Of a stretch of 64,000 bases of DNA, positions 26,601 to 38,594 are shown one piece after another (position 1 is the stretch's first letter; every line of letters starts with the position of its first letter). The notes below the pieces were generated by a model. It made no database searches and was not told the DNA's origin. It saw only the letters and a program-made list of their open reading frames with translations. The position numbers and the translations under genes are program-made. The DNA comes from Balanoglossus misakiensis. Lineage: Eukaryota > Animalia > Hemichordata. Location of the stretch: positions 7,814,063-7,878,062 of the forward strand of contig CM082582.2 in NCBI GenBank assembly GCA_040954595.2. Reading direction: 5' to 3'.

Positions 26601-29035
26601 CTTGTTGGTCCTTTGCATGACGACGACGTCGACGACCTGAAATGATTGGCAAATTTCTGTAACAAGGGCTTAGGTAATTGTCGCCGACAATTCATACGTG
26701 TACAATCATCATCGCTATTGCTGAAAACTGAATTCTGATGTCTGACCAAATTCACCTGCATTCATCGACACTTTCTATCTTAGCTAGTGTCTGCAGCCAA
26801 TAATGTAAACTTGATCGACATGAAAATGTACTTAGGCCCCTAATCTCCGTCAATCAAAACCCAGCGCGTCAGTTAATTGCAACAGACGACCATTCATTCA
26901 TTCAAACTGTGAAAATGTATTAAGTGGCCACAACCTCCTACTATTCAATTCATTATATAATTTAATTTAGTCTGACGGACTTGAAAATGGGACCCACAGG
27001 GCACATAAATATATTTCTTCTATGGGGTTTTGTTTTATAGAAAACGCTAATTTCTCTCTCGTGGCACCACTGCCATTTTTCACTTTCCATTCATGCAGCA
27101 TCTGATAGTTCTGTTCTCTCAAAGTTGTAAAACTGTTCGCAAAACCATCATCCAGTTGTTTATCACTGAATTAATCAACACTCTGTTCCGAGGGATCAGA
27201 ATTATTGCCCAACGTGTTCACTGACATTATCGATGTTATGAACAGTCACTTGAGTTTTGGAGGCTGTTACGAAACAACAAAGACGCCGTTTGGCATTCAA
27301 CTTACTAATGGTCACATATGGATCAGAGCCTTTTGATTTGCTCTCGAGTTTCACATGCAGACGCATGACTTTGTTGTCACCAATTATAACTTCTTCGACA
27401 TGATCATTGATGTCTATAAAGGTACCTCCACCAGCTCCTTGATTATATAAGTAATAAACATAAGGTCATTCTCCCATTCGATGGAAAATGTTACATGAAA
27501 GAGTGGCATACACAAATACATTATTTAGGGACTGGTCAATTTCTTCAGCCTGGAGGTGGTGAATTAATGGGGGGGGGGGGGGGTCACCCTGTTTATATAT
27601 ATATTATATATATATACAAACAAACACAAATCGCTGGGGGGGGGGGTCACTAAGTTTTGGAAAGTTGACATAGGGGGGGGGGGGGTCACCCACTTTTCAA
27701 TGAGGGGTGATCAGTCACAAAATAGAATACACCCCCAGGCTGAAGAAACTGCCCAGTCTCTTATAGTAGTCAAAAAGGGGAGGCTGCAACCAGGAATCAC
27801 AACTATAAACGTCTTGGCAATGTACTAGTTCCCCTTTTCATGGTGGCAGCTGGGATTTGGTAGTCACGTAAAGTTTAAGTTCTATACATGCTAAGTCAGT
27901 GAAAAAAGGGTCGGGTGGGCTGCCATTTTGGTCAGAAATTTGACTGAAGAGAATAATCTCAGGACAGTGAAGTAATTAACCCAATCAACTTGGAGCAAGT
28001 CTACACCAGGTCCAAAGTTACCCTTTAAGGCTACTGGTGTTGGCCTGATGCCATTGGATAATTCAGACAGACCACTGTGTCGTTGCGGGGTGACTTTGGG
28101 ACATGCTAAAGATATGTTTTATACTGGGAGAATTAGCTTGGTCTCCATATAAACCAGTGTGTTTAAACACACTGGGGTATTAGATGGATACCAGCTAGGC
28201 TATGGGAGAATATATTCTCACACAGATGTCTATAAGTCACCAACCAACCGCTGTGTTGGTGGCAGATGTGAGTCGGTCCTGAGGGCCACGAGGAAAAGGT
28301 TCGGCAACAGTCCGAGGCTCTGGAGGGACTGTGCTTTGGCAGTGACTTCCCTGCAATATACTCCCTCTATCAACAAGAACATACTTTACAGACTTCTCAT
28401 TGACAGCGGCTTGTACAGGCTTGATGACCCTTTGGGCCCACTCACGTTGCTGCAATAATCACTGTTGCCATAGTGTTAAAGGCGAGTTTGTTCTGTCCTT
28501 TGTACTTTGTATGTAATGTCTGACCCGGCCCAATAGAACAGAACAACTGTGAAACCTCCGAAGCACTATTGTGTCATAAACGTAACTTACCTCCCTGGAG
28601 TCTTTCACCAATGTCTTCCACTTTCCTATCAACTTGGTCAACTCTCGCTTTCACGTCGAGTGTGATAGCCAGAGTAAAATCTTGTTCTATCTTGGCCAGG
28701 CACGCATCGAGGTTTTCAAATCCTGATTTGATTTTGTCTGCACAGAACAAGCTCTTGAAACGACCCTTCTGAGAATACTCGGACAAAAACTTCTTTGTGT
28801 CAAGGAGATAGCCGCGAAAGTGTAGCAAGATAATGTGGTATTTCTTCTTGTCCTCTTCACTCAAGCTGTTGAGGAAATCTTCAGTGGGTTTCAACCGAAC
28901 GATCCTGTCTGAAAGAGTCTTGTACCGCTGGTCATTCTTTTTGACTTCGTCTATGATTTGTACAATCTCCTCGATGATTTGAACCACAGAACGCAAAATC
29001 CCTACGGTTGAGCCCACAGCTGCGAGAACTGCCAT
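23669..29035 (-). CDS. MLKL-type 4HB + RHIM-like motif + death domain protein. Exon 1 29035-28591; candidate exons 27437-27306, 26636-26523, 26324-26280, 25271-25029; DD exon 23937-23669 (up to ~415 aa)
   Basis: Exon 1 is 4HB-like (EVKKNDQRYKTLSDRI...LLDTKKFLSEY...FENLDACLAKIEQDF) and ends in phase 1. Internal candidates are open symmetric phase 1-1 exons with AG/GT ends. Terminal phase-1 exon is a death domain (EWKFLARHLEL...YGVEEQAHQMLVKWKQGRG). Exon connectivity is inferred. Confidence 0.68.
25881..26071. mobile_element. Tc2/pogo-like MITE
   Basis: TA|CTGTAAAACACTTTATTTTCGCGA...TCGCGAAAGTAAAATGTTTTACAG|TA. Confidence 0.75.
27045..27263 (-). pseudogene. Degenerate copy of the RIPK1-like gene's death-domain exon
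   Basis: Aligns with 44018-43800 (CCTCC.AAACTCAAGTGACT..., GAACAGAACTATCAGATGCTGC, GCCACGAGAGAGAAATTAGC); in-frame TAA at 27204-27202 and further lesions. Confidence 0.8.
27528..27760. mobile_element. Harbinger-like MITE
   Basis: TTA|GGGACTGGTCAATTTCTTCAGCCTGG...CCAGGCTGAAGAAACTGCCCAGTCTC|TTA, with internal G-runs like the 13496 element. Confidence 0.7.
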
Positions 29036-29733
29036 ATCACTGGAATGGTTATGAGATACTCGCCTGCCTTGGTTTCAGCCCTTCCTTAATTTTTTATATG
29101 CGGAAGTGCAAGATACTATAAAACATCAAACTGCAATTAATTATTAACTGTAAGGGACTACTCTACTTTATCTGGGGGAGAGTTGGAGTGAAGGCTATGA
29201 ATTAATATGTGCCACCTGGATGTGCCGCTCTTTAATGTTAACCTTCTGAACCTCTCTTGGCCCTTTTGTGCTGCAGGATGACCTGTTGACCCCTAATTTT
29301 TGAATACGCTGATGTCAAGGCATTTTCCCGCTGCATTATCATCACCAGGTCCATGCCAATAAGTTTTAATAAAGAGTGGCTTTAAGCTTGTTATATAGTG
29401 ACAACTCATACTTTTAGTGAAATCTGTTTAACACACATTACACAGGATCAACTATGAAATTGACAAAGTCTGATTGAATCTTCATTAGATCACTTGATCT
29501 GAAAACATTCTTTAATACTACCCTTGGCCACATATACAGATGGAAACAGAAGACTTTATGACCATTTTCAATTATCAAAATTGGCTGCATCTAAAATTAG
29601 GATCCACAATTTCTATCTAAATAATATAAAATGGATGGTTACAACAGGGTTATATTCTATACTTGGTAAAAAAATAAAGCAATCGGCTGCTTTCTGTGAG
29701 CCAAGATATTCTCATGTGACGACAGGAAATCTT

Positions 29734-32725
29734 CTAACCTTCAAAGCTTGAGCAGATCACATCCAGCTTGTCTTTCACTTCTGTGGATGGAAAAGGGGAT
29801 GACAATTTTTCATGTAAATGTTCATTATACAATAATAAGTGGATATGGAGACGTGTTCTCAAAAGAGAATTAAAATGCAAACTCAGCTATTAGAGCTGGA
29901 CTCGTGCCATATACACATGAGCATCATAACAAAGACTTAATTTCTGGTTATCAAAATGTGTGTGTACACGTGTGCCTATATAGCTCGGCAAGAAATTGCC
30001 ATACTAACCATACATACTGGATAAAACCCAAACCAAGAATGTCATAAGATTACATGACATCGAGACCCTATCAGGGTGCAATTATTAACCCTTTCAACTT
30101 GTTATTTTTTTTCAAAAAATAAAATAACTCTCACTTGCAACTCTTTTTCTCACATTTTTCCATCAAGAACTGTCATTGATGGAAAATTTATTGATTGGAT
30201 CATTGCTGTAATCATTGCAGGGTACTTAGTTATACTTACCGGCAATCTGCGGTCTCATTAAACTGTCGAATGATCGGCACCTGTCAATAACTTTGCCAAA
30301 CTCTGGTGGACAGTCGTTTGTCAGTGGTTCCATCCTTTTATCGTTGACTAGATGATATATTTCAGAGTCAGACAACCCTGCAAGCCAAAGTGACATGTGG
30401 TCTATTACAGCGCGTACGTAGCTCGTCTCACGCGCAAATTTTCCGTTCGATGCATTCAAATAGTGGACTGCCTTCGCTTCCTTCCATATTTCATGCGCAC
30501 TGTATAAGTAGATTCTGGTTTCGTCCCTCCTTTTCACCCAAGCTAGTGCCGTTTCCCGATCTCCGAAACAGATTATGGTCGCCGCCATCTTGTGTGAGCA
30601 CTGCCTTATGGGATTGACTGTTCACTAAACGTCTGTAACCAGTGGCTACAGTTGGAACATGCGTGTGAGACGAGCTACGCGCTTTAAAGGCAAACCATGG
30701 TACTTGGTAGGTGGATTCTGCGCAATGTTATTTGCATAAAGAAAAGCTGACATTATATAATACAACATGGACACATATAGAAATAATAACCTTCATAGGG
30801 TTTCCTTAGTGTAGCAATTTCCCACATTACAATTCCATATCTGTAAGAGAAAAGCAGAATTGAACTTACTCTTTTGCTATGTTTTAAAATGTGGCCTTGG
30901 ATTCATTTATCAACAATATAAGCAGTACCCGGTAAGACATATATACAGCCTATGTTGATACCAGCAAATCAAAAATACACAAAACAAACCACTGTTAAAA
31001 GTAACGTCATTTCTAGTTTCAAGTGCAGAATTTCAGGTTTCCATGGATGGATAAGAGTTGTTACAATCAGTCAATAAGCACATCACAGTCAATAGAAAGG
31101 CATTCAAAACATATCAACGACTTTATAGTTGTTTGCGATTCTCAAATAGCAGAATGATATACTTACCCATATACTTCACTCCTGGCTTTGTACTCTGTAT
31201 TGAGATCAATGAGATGTTCTGGTGCGATGTATGTGATTTGACTTTTTCTGATACTGCTTTCACGTTTAGCTGCTGACTGTTTGGTCAATGCAAACCCGCA
31301 ATCTGAAATCTGTTATGTGTACAATATATGACACATGGCTGTATAATTTTTAATGCATAAATATTCGCATACAGGTCCAATGATCGACATTTTATTTTGT
31401 TTTCTTGGGCAAAAATTATAATTAAAAAGAACACTACTTCGTATATTGATCAAAATGTTTATTGATGACAATCAAAAGTATGATGCTGAGACTTGAACCA
31501 TTGTGTATTCAAAAATGGGGGAGGGGTGCCGTCTTTTAAACAAAAACAAATTCAGTTGACCTCCTACCTTAACATGCAAGTCTGCATTCACCAGGAACTT
31601 CTCACTTCCAATACTTCTATGCAGCATTCCGGCATTGTGAATACGGAAGAGCCCACAAGCTCCTTCCCGTGCCATCCTCAGTCGGATCTTCCAGTCAAGC
31701 TTGTACTTCTCGTGATTGTCAAGCACATGCCTTAAACTTGTTTCAGACATGTACTCCATTACAAGGAGGTAATTATCTGTGGAGAGATGGACCACGATAT
31801 GGATGGGTATGGTGGCAATCATTTCTTCATATGTGAACATATATTTATTCTTATTATAGATGTGCATACATTAATTTCCACTGTGATACCACCATATCTG
31901 TTTCAGTGATTTATGACATATGTATGCTATGTATACATGCCTGGGAAAGTCCAGGACAGAGAAATGAACACATGCATCGGTCAGTTTACCCTTTTCAGCA
32001 CAAATTCCGAACAGTCTGATGACATTCATTGAGTCAAACGTCTTCATCTTCCTCGCCTCAGTTTGCAAATGTTTCAATAACTTTGAGCTGGACCCAACCC
32101 TGAAATGTAATAGGACACTGTCAATTACAGCATACTTGCATCACAAATTTAACCACGTGCTGATTGTACCCAGCTATGTCCAGTACCCTATGTGTACATA
32201 ACATAATATTAATTACCAATTCAACAAACCTGTTTGGCAAAAATTTCTTGACAGCTACAGTGTCTCCTGTTTTGTTTAATTCTGCCTTGTATACTGTCCC
32301 ATACGTTCCTTCACCGATTTTGTCTAGAATGTTCAAGTCACTGCTTTCGATAACTCTGAGGTCTACAGTTGGGTTCGCCAAAATACTGCCTCGTTCTGTA
32401 AGCGTGAAAAAATAAAAAAACATTGCTCAATTGCAGGGTTATTGACAATGCAGAAAGTAACAGATCATTTGATTCTGCACACATTTTTTGTCCTTTTACC
32501 TGCATATTGTGAAAGTATCGTGTGTGTGAGGATACAGACAAACACTGTTGACAGCTTGGTGTATAGACTTGAACTGAACTGTATCACACCTACCTTTAGC
32601 ACTTTTGTTGTTATCCATCTCTTTGACGATTTTTTCGACCCTGGCTACCACCTGTACCACTGTTTCAATTTTCTCATTAACATTTTCAAATCCAGCATGA
32701 AGTTCTTCTTCGATCTTCTTGTGAT
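29734..32725 (-). CDS. MLKL: Duplicate MLKL exons 2-9 (brace + pseudokinase, no own 4HB exon): 32725-32594, 32395-32230, 32099-31990, 31776-31568, 31309-31167, 30840-30791, 30377-30240, 29780-29734. Alternative 3' cassette or 5'-truncated paralog
   Basis: All eight exons open with GT-AG sites: IGEGTYGTVYKA, VAVKK, LHRSIGSEKFLV, ISDCGFALTK, YIAPEHL, YGIVMWEIAT, DCPPEFGKVIDRCRSFDSLMRP. Confidence 0.72.
30409..30683. mobile_element. Kolobok-like MITE in MLKL intron 7; truncated copy at ~15449-15695
   Basis: Imperfect inverted ends AGCGCGTA..GCTCGTCTCAC / GTGAGACGAGCTACGCGCT|TTAA; the paralogous intron has an empty TTAA at ~39269. Confidence 0.65.
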
Positions 32726-33020
32726 CTGTCGGTGAAAAGATTTACATGCCAGTCTTTGTCATGTCTCTGTTGGTTCACCTATATATTCATCACATAAATA
32801 TCTAAAAAGCTACTTCTGTGAATTTACTGTGTTACTACATTGTACTTCCAGGAAAATTGTTTCTCACACTTTAAAAGGAAGAAAAGTCCTGCTTTATCAT
32901 CGCAATTGCTGATCAAAGTCATATACATCATATCCGTCTTTAATTGCTTTGTATAAAGGTATTCTGTGCACATTGAACCACTGTTACCATAAAAAATTAA
33001 AATACTAGTGTAGCCTATCA

Positions 33021-33271
33021 CGCGGCCCAACCTGTCCTACCTGTGCTGCAATGGACAGACCCTGGGCTCGAACCCGAAGCAGCCAATCACCAAGAACAAC
33101 CCCATCATGATCGATCAGATGTCCAATGAGAGCGTAGTGTCGCCGGGGCTCTACGCCATGGGGGCGCTGGTCGGCAGCAACTTTGTCCGATTCCTGACTG
33201 GAGGGGCCTTGGCGATTGTGAATAATCTGGTCAGAAGTGATTTTTTGGAGAAAACTCAGGCTGAAGACTGA
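33021..33271 (+). pseudogene. Duplicated 3' fragment of the OSGIN last exon
   Basis: Near-identical to 7559-7809; starts mid-exon at the duplication junction. Confidence 0.9.
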
Positions 33272-36200
33272 TGGCTTTTTTGTTCAGCCACTGTTGCATG
33301 CAATACACAGAGGATCTATACCCAACGAGATGCGTACTTGCATTGGTCAATCTGAAGTCGGAATCTGTTTCTGTGACGAACATTCTTATGAAATGTATGG
33401 CAGCATTATAAACACACGCACCTGGTACTGGTATGTAGGTAGTGACAGAGCAGTATCGTCACACTGTTGCCTTAGAAACATGTTATTCTGTCACAGTCAA
33501 AAGAAAAGTTGAAATTACCACAAGTAATCTCTGAGACCTGAGCGGATGTTTGAAATGTTGATTTTTTTTAGTACGTCATTTAAAACACTAGCCACAAGTT
33601 AGTCTTACCTCAAAAATAAGCGCACAAAAAATGTTAATATTCTTTTATTGACAGCTATATTCTCACTACCTTCAATAGTTTTTTGCTACTTAGGTGAGTG
33701 GTAAATAACTCATGAGGTTTACTGAATTTCAAGATGGTGGACTTCTGCCATATTAAATACAGGGATCTCAGATATTACCGGTAAATTAGCATAAGTCATA
33801 CTGAAACAACATGGACAAAGTTGAACAAGTTCTACGTGTGAATTAAAAAGACATAACTTTTAGACAGAGTCATGAAATACAGGGTGAAACATAATCTCTG
33901 CAAAAGTCTTACTAGTGATATGACCCACAATGCAATTGTTACATGATATGACCCCCTAGCACAAAGTAATAGGACTATTTAATGTGCAAAGAATATGGCA
34001 GCCAATTGCTTTTCTCTCAGAATTTATACTCCCCTTTATTCTGTGTAAATAATGTCCTCACCGAGGGATGATTTTGGTTAAAACCATTTTGGTGGGTTTT
34101 TTAAAAGGTGTAGCTTAATTTTGGTTACCGAATATTTACACTATTTATAATGACTTCTGGAATAGCGATCGATTTTACTGCCAAGGACATTTCTTAAACT
34201 CTGAATTTATGGAGTAGTTTAAAACGAATTTCTGCTCTGGATGCTACCGTATTGTGTCAGTGTCTTAGGACTGATGGAGCAAAGATGGAGCAAAATGATG
34301 TTATATTGGAATTTATTTTTTAATAGTTTGAAGAGAAATTTTGCAAATTATGACAAACGTCTGATTATAAAACCCAAGTCTCCACTGTTGATAAGTATAA
34401 TAAAAAAGACAATCATTACTAAACAGTACATATTTTTATTGACCTAACTTGGTATGCATCCACCTTTACACCTTCATCACAGTAAAAATTGGTCGAAACC
34501 AAAGACCAGCGGTTGAACCTGTATGTGGTGGCGTAAAGGTATTGAAAATTTTGCAAATCATGAACATATTTCTCAGGAAATAAAAATATACAAACAAGTT
34601 TAATGGCAATTGAATGTGAAATACATAATTTTAAAATTCCCCAAATTGAGTCTTACATTTTCTAATTTTAAGCTGTCCAAGATAAGTTTATAATTTTAAT
34701 CATGGTATTAGGTGTAATAGTAATGTACATATCGTACCTGGTTTATATAGGGACTATACATATCTCATTTTCTTTGTTGAAAATGAGGGGGGGGGTCTAC
34801 TTCACTGTATAAAAAATTGTTAGTTTTTTAAAACTTTTACATCGTTGATTGATTTTGTACTTTAATGGTTTACAGGTAATTCTTTGCAAATTGATGTAAT
34901 ACGAATCCAATAGGCAGAGATGAATTTAAAACCGTCAATTTAGACATCTCGGGGGCTTAAAGGGTTGTTGTCATAGAGACTGATAAGGCCGACGATCGTC
35001 TTATGCCCATGTGCATAATTTTGTGTGTAGAAACATTATAAATGTTCTGCAAAATTTGCGTTCAAAGCATTCAAATAGTGGACTGCCTTCGCTTCCTTCC
35101 ATACTTTATGCGCACCATATAAGTTAGACTTTAGTTTTGTCCCTTCTTTTCACCAAACTTGCTGTCTTTTTCCGATCTCCGACGCAGACTATGGTCGCCG
35201 CCATCTTGTCTGTTGTTAGGACAGCACACTGCCTTATAAATGGCATTGACAGAGTCTATGGTTTGACACATGCACATAAGTTGATCGTTGCCCTATAAAG
35301 AGACTTGCTCTCGCTAATTTAGATTACCCAACTAATTTACAGGGGGGGGGGGGGGGGTTATTGATAGATTTCCTGTAAATGTCACATTTGCTAAAGCATC
35401 TCAATAGGAAAAATTTACAAAAAAATGTATAGAATGTTTTTCTGTATATTTCACATAAGAGTACTGGAAGAATCCACATTGCTACAAGCAATAAATTTGC
35501 AGTGGGAGACGATGTGCCATTGCTTTTTGGGACCAAGTGATTTTATGTCGAAAATTCTTGGAATTTGTCGTATAATTGAGAAAAAAGATTAGGCATTTTC
35601 GTTCATTAAAAAATCATTATCCATCTAATCCATTGAAATTGGTTCCAGCCATCATTCTTGCATTGTCTTGGGAATTGTGTGTCGGCAAAAATTAGCTTCA
35701 TTGTCAAACATGTATACCAGTTCTACATTGTACCTTGGTTCATCTGTATAAATTGATTTCATTTTATTACTACCGGTAGTGATTTTTACAAGAAAATAAA
35801 TGTTTATTTTAACCAAGATGTCATCTTTGATGTCTTTTGATAATCTTTTATGTAAGGGACCTTGATGACAAGATTATCAAAGTAGATAGGATGACACAAT
35901 GGAAAATGTGGTGGCCAATCAGATGTAATATTTTGTCACGGGGCTGTTCTCTCTGTCCATTGTCGTCAGCTTTCAGATAGGCCGAGTGCCAACTGTCTAT
36001 CAACATGATCAACAGTGTCAAAACAGAACAGCTTGGCCATACAGCTTTACTGATTGGCGGAGAGGTCCCCAAGTGTGATTAGAGAGTCCGAGATATCACG
36101 ATTTGTTGATTAGCCCTACTGTGTGGCGGGAGTCTCAACTCCGGGCCGACCGCGTTATGTACACTGATCCAGAGGCGCGACATGCCGATTTTTGTACGGA

Positions 36201-36711
36201 TACTTCCGCTTAGACTTGCAAAGGAGTTTATTTTTAGTCACTCGCATCATTCATTTGAGCGTCGAGTGTAGTTCGTAATGGTTTGTGTAGTGTCATTAGC
36301 CGTCGTTTCAATAATAGCACAAATTACCAACAACCGCCTGTGCTACAAACTTGCCAAATGGAGAGAGAGAGAGGGGGGGGGGGGGCTTGGACGTTGTTTT
36401 TGTGTCAAATACGGTCAGATGACATTTGGAAACTATTTTGTCCAAAAGTGTTACACACCCAATGTTTCTCCTCATATTTTATATTGCAATTTGTAGTCCT
36501 AAGCAACAATCAAAACAGATAGCAATCTGTAGAGGCACTGTCCGGCATGCATTTTCATGTTTATACGTTACCAATGACAACCAGCTCACAAAATTGCCCC
36601 CGTACCATAAATTAACGCACTACGGTATGCAGTACAGTCGTTTCGCGTTGCTAACGTCAATCGGTTTTTGTTGTTTGCTAGTATAAATCGCTGTTGCAAA
36701 ATATCTCCGAC

Positions 36712-38198
36712 ATGGCGGCCGTGTCCATAGTGCTAGAAATTCTCCCAAAAATTGTGGATCTCGGCAAAGAAATCTCTAAAATTGCAGACGAAGTCAAACG
36801 AAACAAGAAGGAGTGCAAAATGTTGGCTGAGAGGATCACTGAACTAACTGGTGCTAAACAACAACTTGAGGGTCTACAGGAAGACGACAAGAAAAAACTT
36901 AAGGACGCGCTGGATAAATTCTACACGTATCTGAAAGATGCTAAGGAATTCGTGTCCGAATTTCTCGTTATCGGTTGCTGCGAATCCATCTGGAAAAGAA
37001 GCAGGCACAGATCTCGCTTTGAGAACTTAAATACTCGTCTTGATCAACTGTCGTCTGTGCTGCAGCTGGGCTTAGATATTGAGGTTAAGAAAGATGTGGG
37101 CCAAATTAAAGAACAGGTTGAACAGCTTGTCAAACAAGGTGAGAAGACCCATTACATGTATTTAGATTTGCCACAGTTGGAATATTTATGACGTAGGCCT
37201 TACACATGGCCGGGGACCGATCATTCAATACATGTACGTCCAAAACCCTTATTGCATATTCAGGTCCCATATCCACTTTCATCTGGTCAATTCCCTTCTT
37301 TAATCTGTGTGCATTGGCATAACCATTGACCAATAATTTTCAGGAGAAACGAAAGCTGAAATTAACAATCTTCGTGAACAGACTGACGCTGGAGAACCGT
37401 CACAAAACAATCACCAACAAAAGGTAGTGGTGGCGGTAAGCTTAAATTTCGACTGATTTTTTTTCGGTAGATAGCAATGCATAGTCTAGACTACAATAGT
37501 CAAAACTTTTTATGAACACTGAAGAGGCAGTGACTTTGATAACTTAAACCGCTTTATAGTTATATATAAACGAACTTTATAAGCGTTTTGGAGTGACCGT
37601 TACACATGTTTAAAATGAACGTACACGTATGTAAGACCTCTTTTATATACATGTACATGCTCTTTTTAGACACAACAGCAAGCACCTTTACCAGGAAGCT
37701 GTGTTAATCATGGTAAGTTTGTTTTCACTAATAAATGGTAAATTTTGATTCTTATATTAAGCAGGCCTTTATACTGTTAGACTGAATGAATAAAGCGGGT
37801 GTGATTTATTGCATATCGGCAGCGAGAGAGGTTGTATATTAGGTTTTTCACAATGCGAAGTAGGCCTACTAGTTTTCAAATCGTATACTGTATGAAACCT
37901 GGGACCACTTCCTCTTTGTGCTCCAGATCAAGACCGACGAGTGGACGACGAAGATATCAGGACCATCTCCAAAGAAGTCGGTGCTGACTGGAAAAGTCTT
38001 GCACGATCACTTGAGTTGAAAAGTGTCCTCATTGATACCATTGAAATTAACAATAGCAGCTACGGCGTTGAAGAACAAGCCTATCAAATGATGGTTAAGT
38101 GGCGACAGAGTCTCGGGAAGGAGGCCAAATATCGCACACTTGTTAACGCACTTAAAAAAATCAAAAGACACGATATAATTGAACAACTTTCCAACTGA
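36712..38198 (+). CDS. MLKL-type 4HB domain + death domain fusion, copy 3, 277 aa. Exons 36712-37138, 37344-37435, 37670-37712, 37927-38198
   Basis: 427+92+43+272=834 nt in frame; EVKRNKKECKMLAERI...RFENLNTRLDQL; DD EVGADWKSLARSLEL...YGVEEQAYQMMVKWRQSLG. Confidence 0.88.
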
Positions 38199-38594
38199 GC
38201 GTCAAGTCACGTGTCTAATGTTTCTCTAGGCCTCTACTTCTATACTACGGAGACATTTACTCATTTTAAGAAATATTTACACAAAAATCGCACAATTATA
38301 CCACCATTTATTAATATGATAATAACATTGTGAAAAATCAAGCTTTTGAGCACGCAAGCTCTCGTGTACGTGTAAAGACACACTTGTATTTGTGTGTGTA
38401 TGTTATTTCACCATTACGTTATATGATTATATTATATCATGCTACGGTCCGCCATTCTAAATGCTCAATCTTCTATCTAAATAATATAAAACGGATAGTT
38501 ACAAAAGGGCTATATTCTATACTTGGTAACAAAAATAAAGCAATCGGCTGCTTTCTGTGAGCCAAGAAATTCTCATGTGACGACAGGAAATCTT

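Larger units (their letters stand above)
29548..33021 (+). repeat. Segmental duplicate of the MLKL 3' region (matches ~38468-42098)
   Basis: Near-identical exons and introns; ends at junction TAGCCTATCAC|GCGGCCCAACC. Confidence 0.92.

Noticed and set aside
28237-28455. Possible extra linker exon of the - strand 4HB gene
   Set aside because: No phase-1 acceptor fits the tracked frame; another frame is open but has no homology support, so it is left out of the model.
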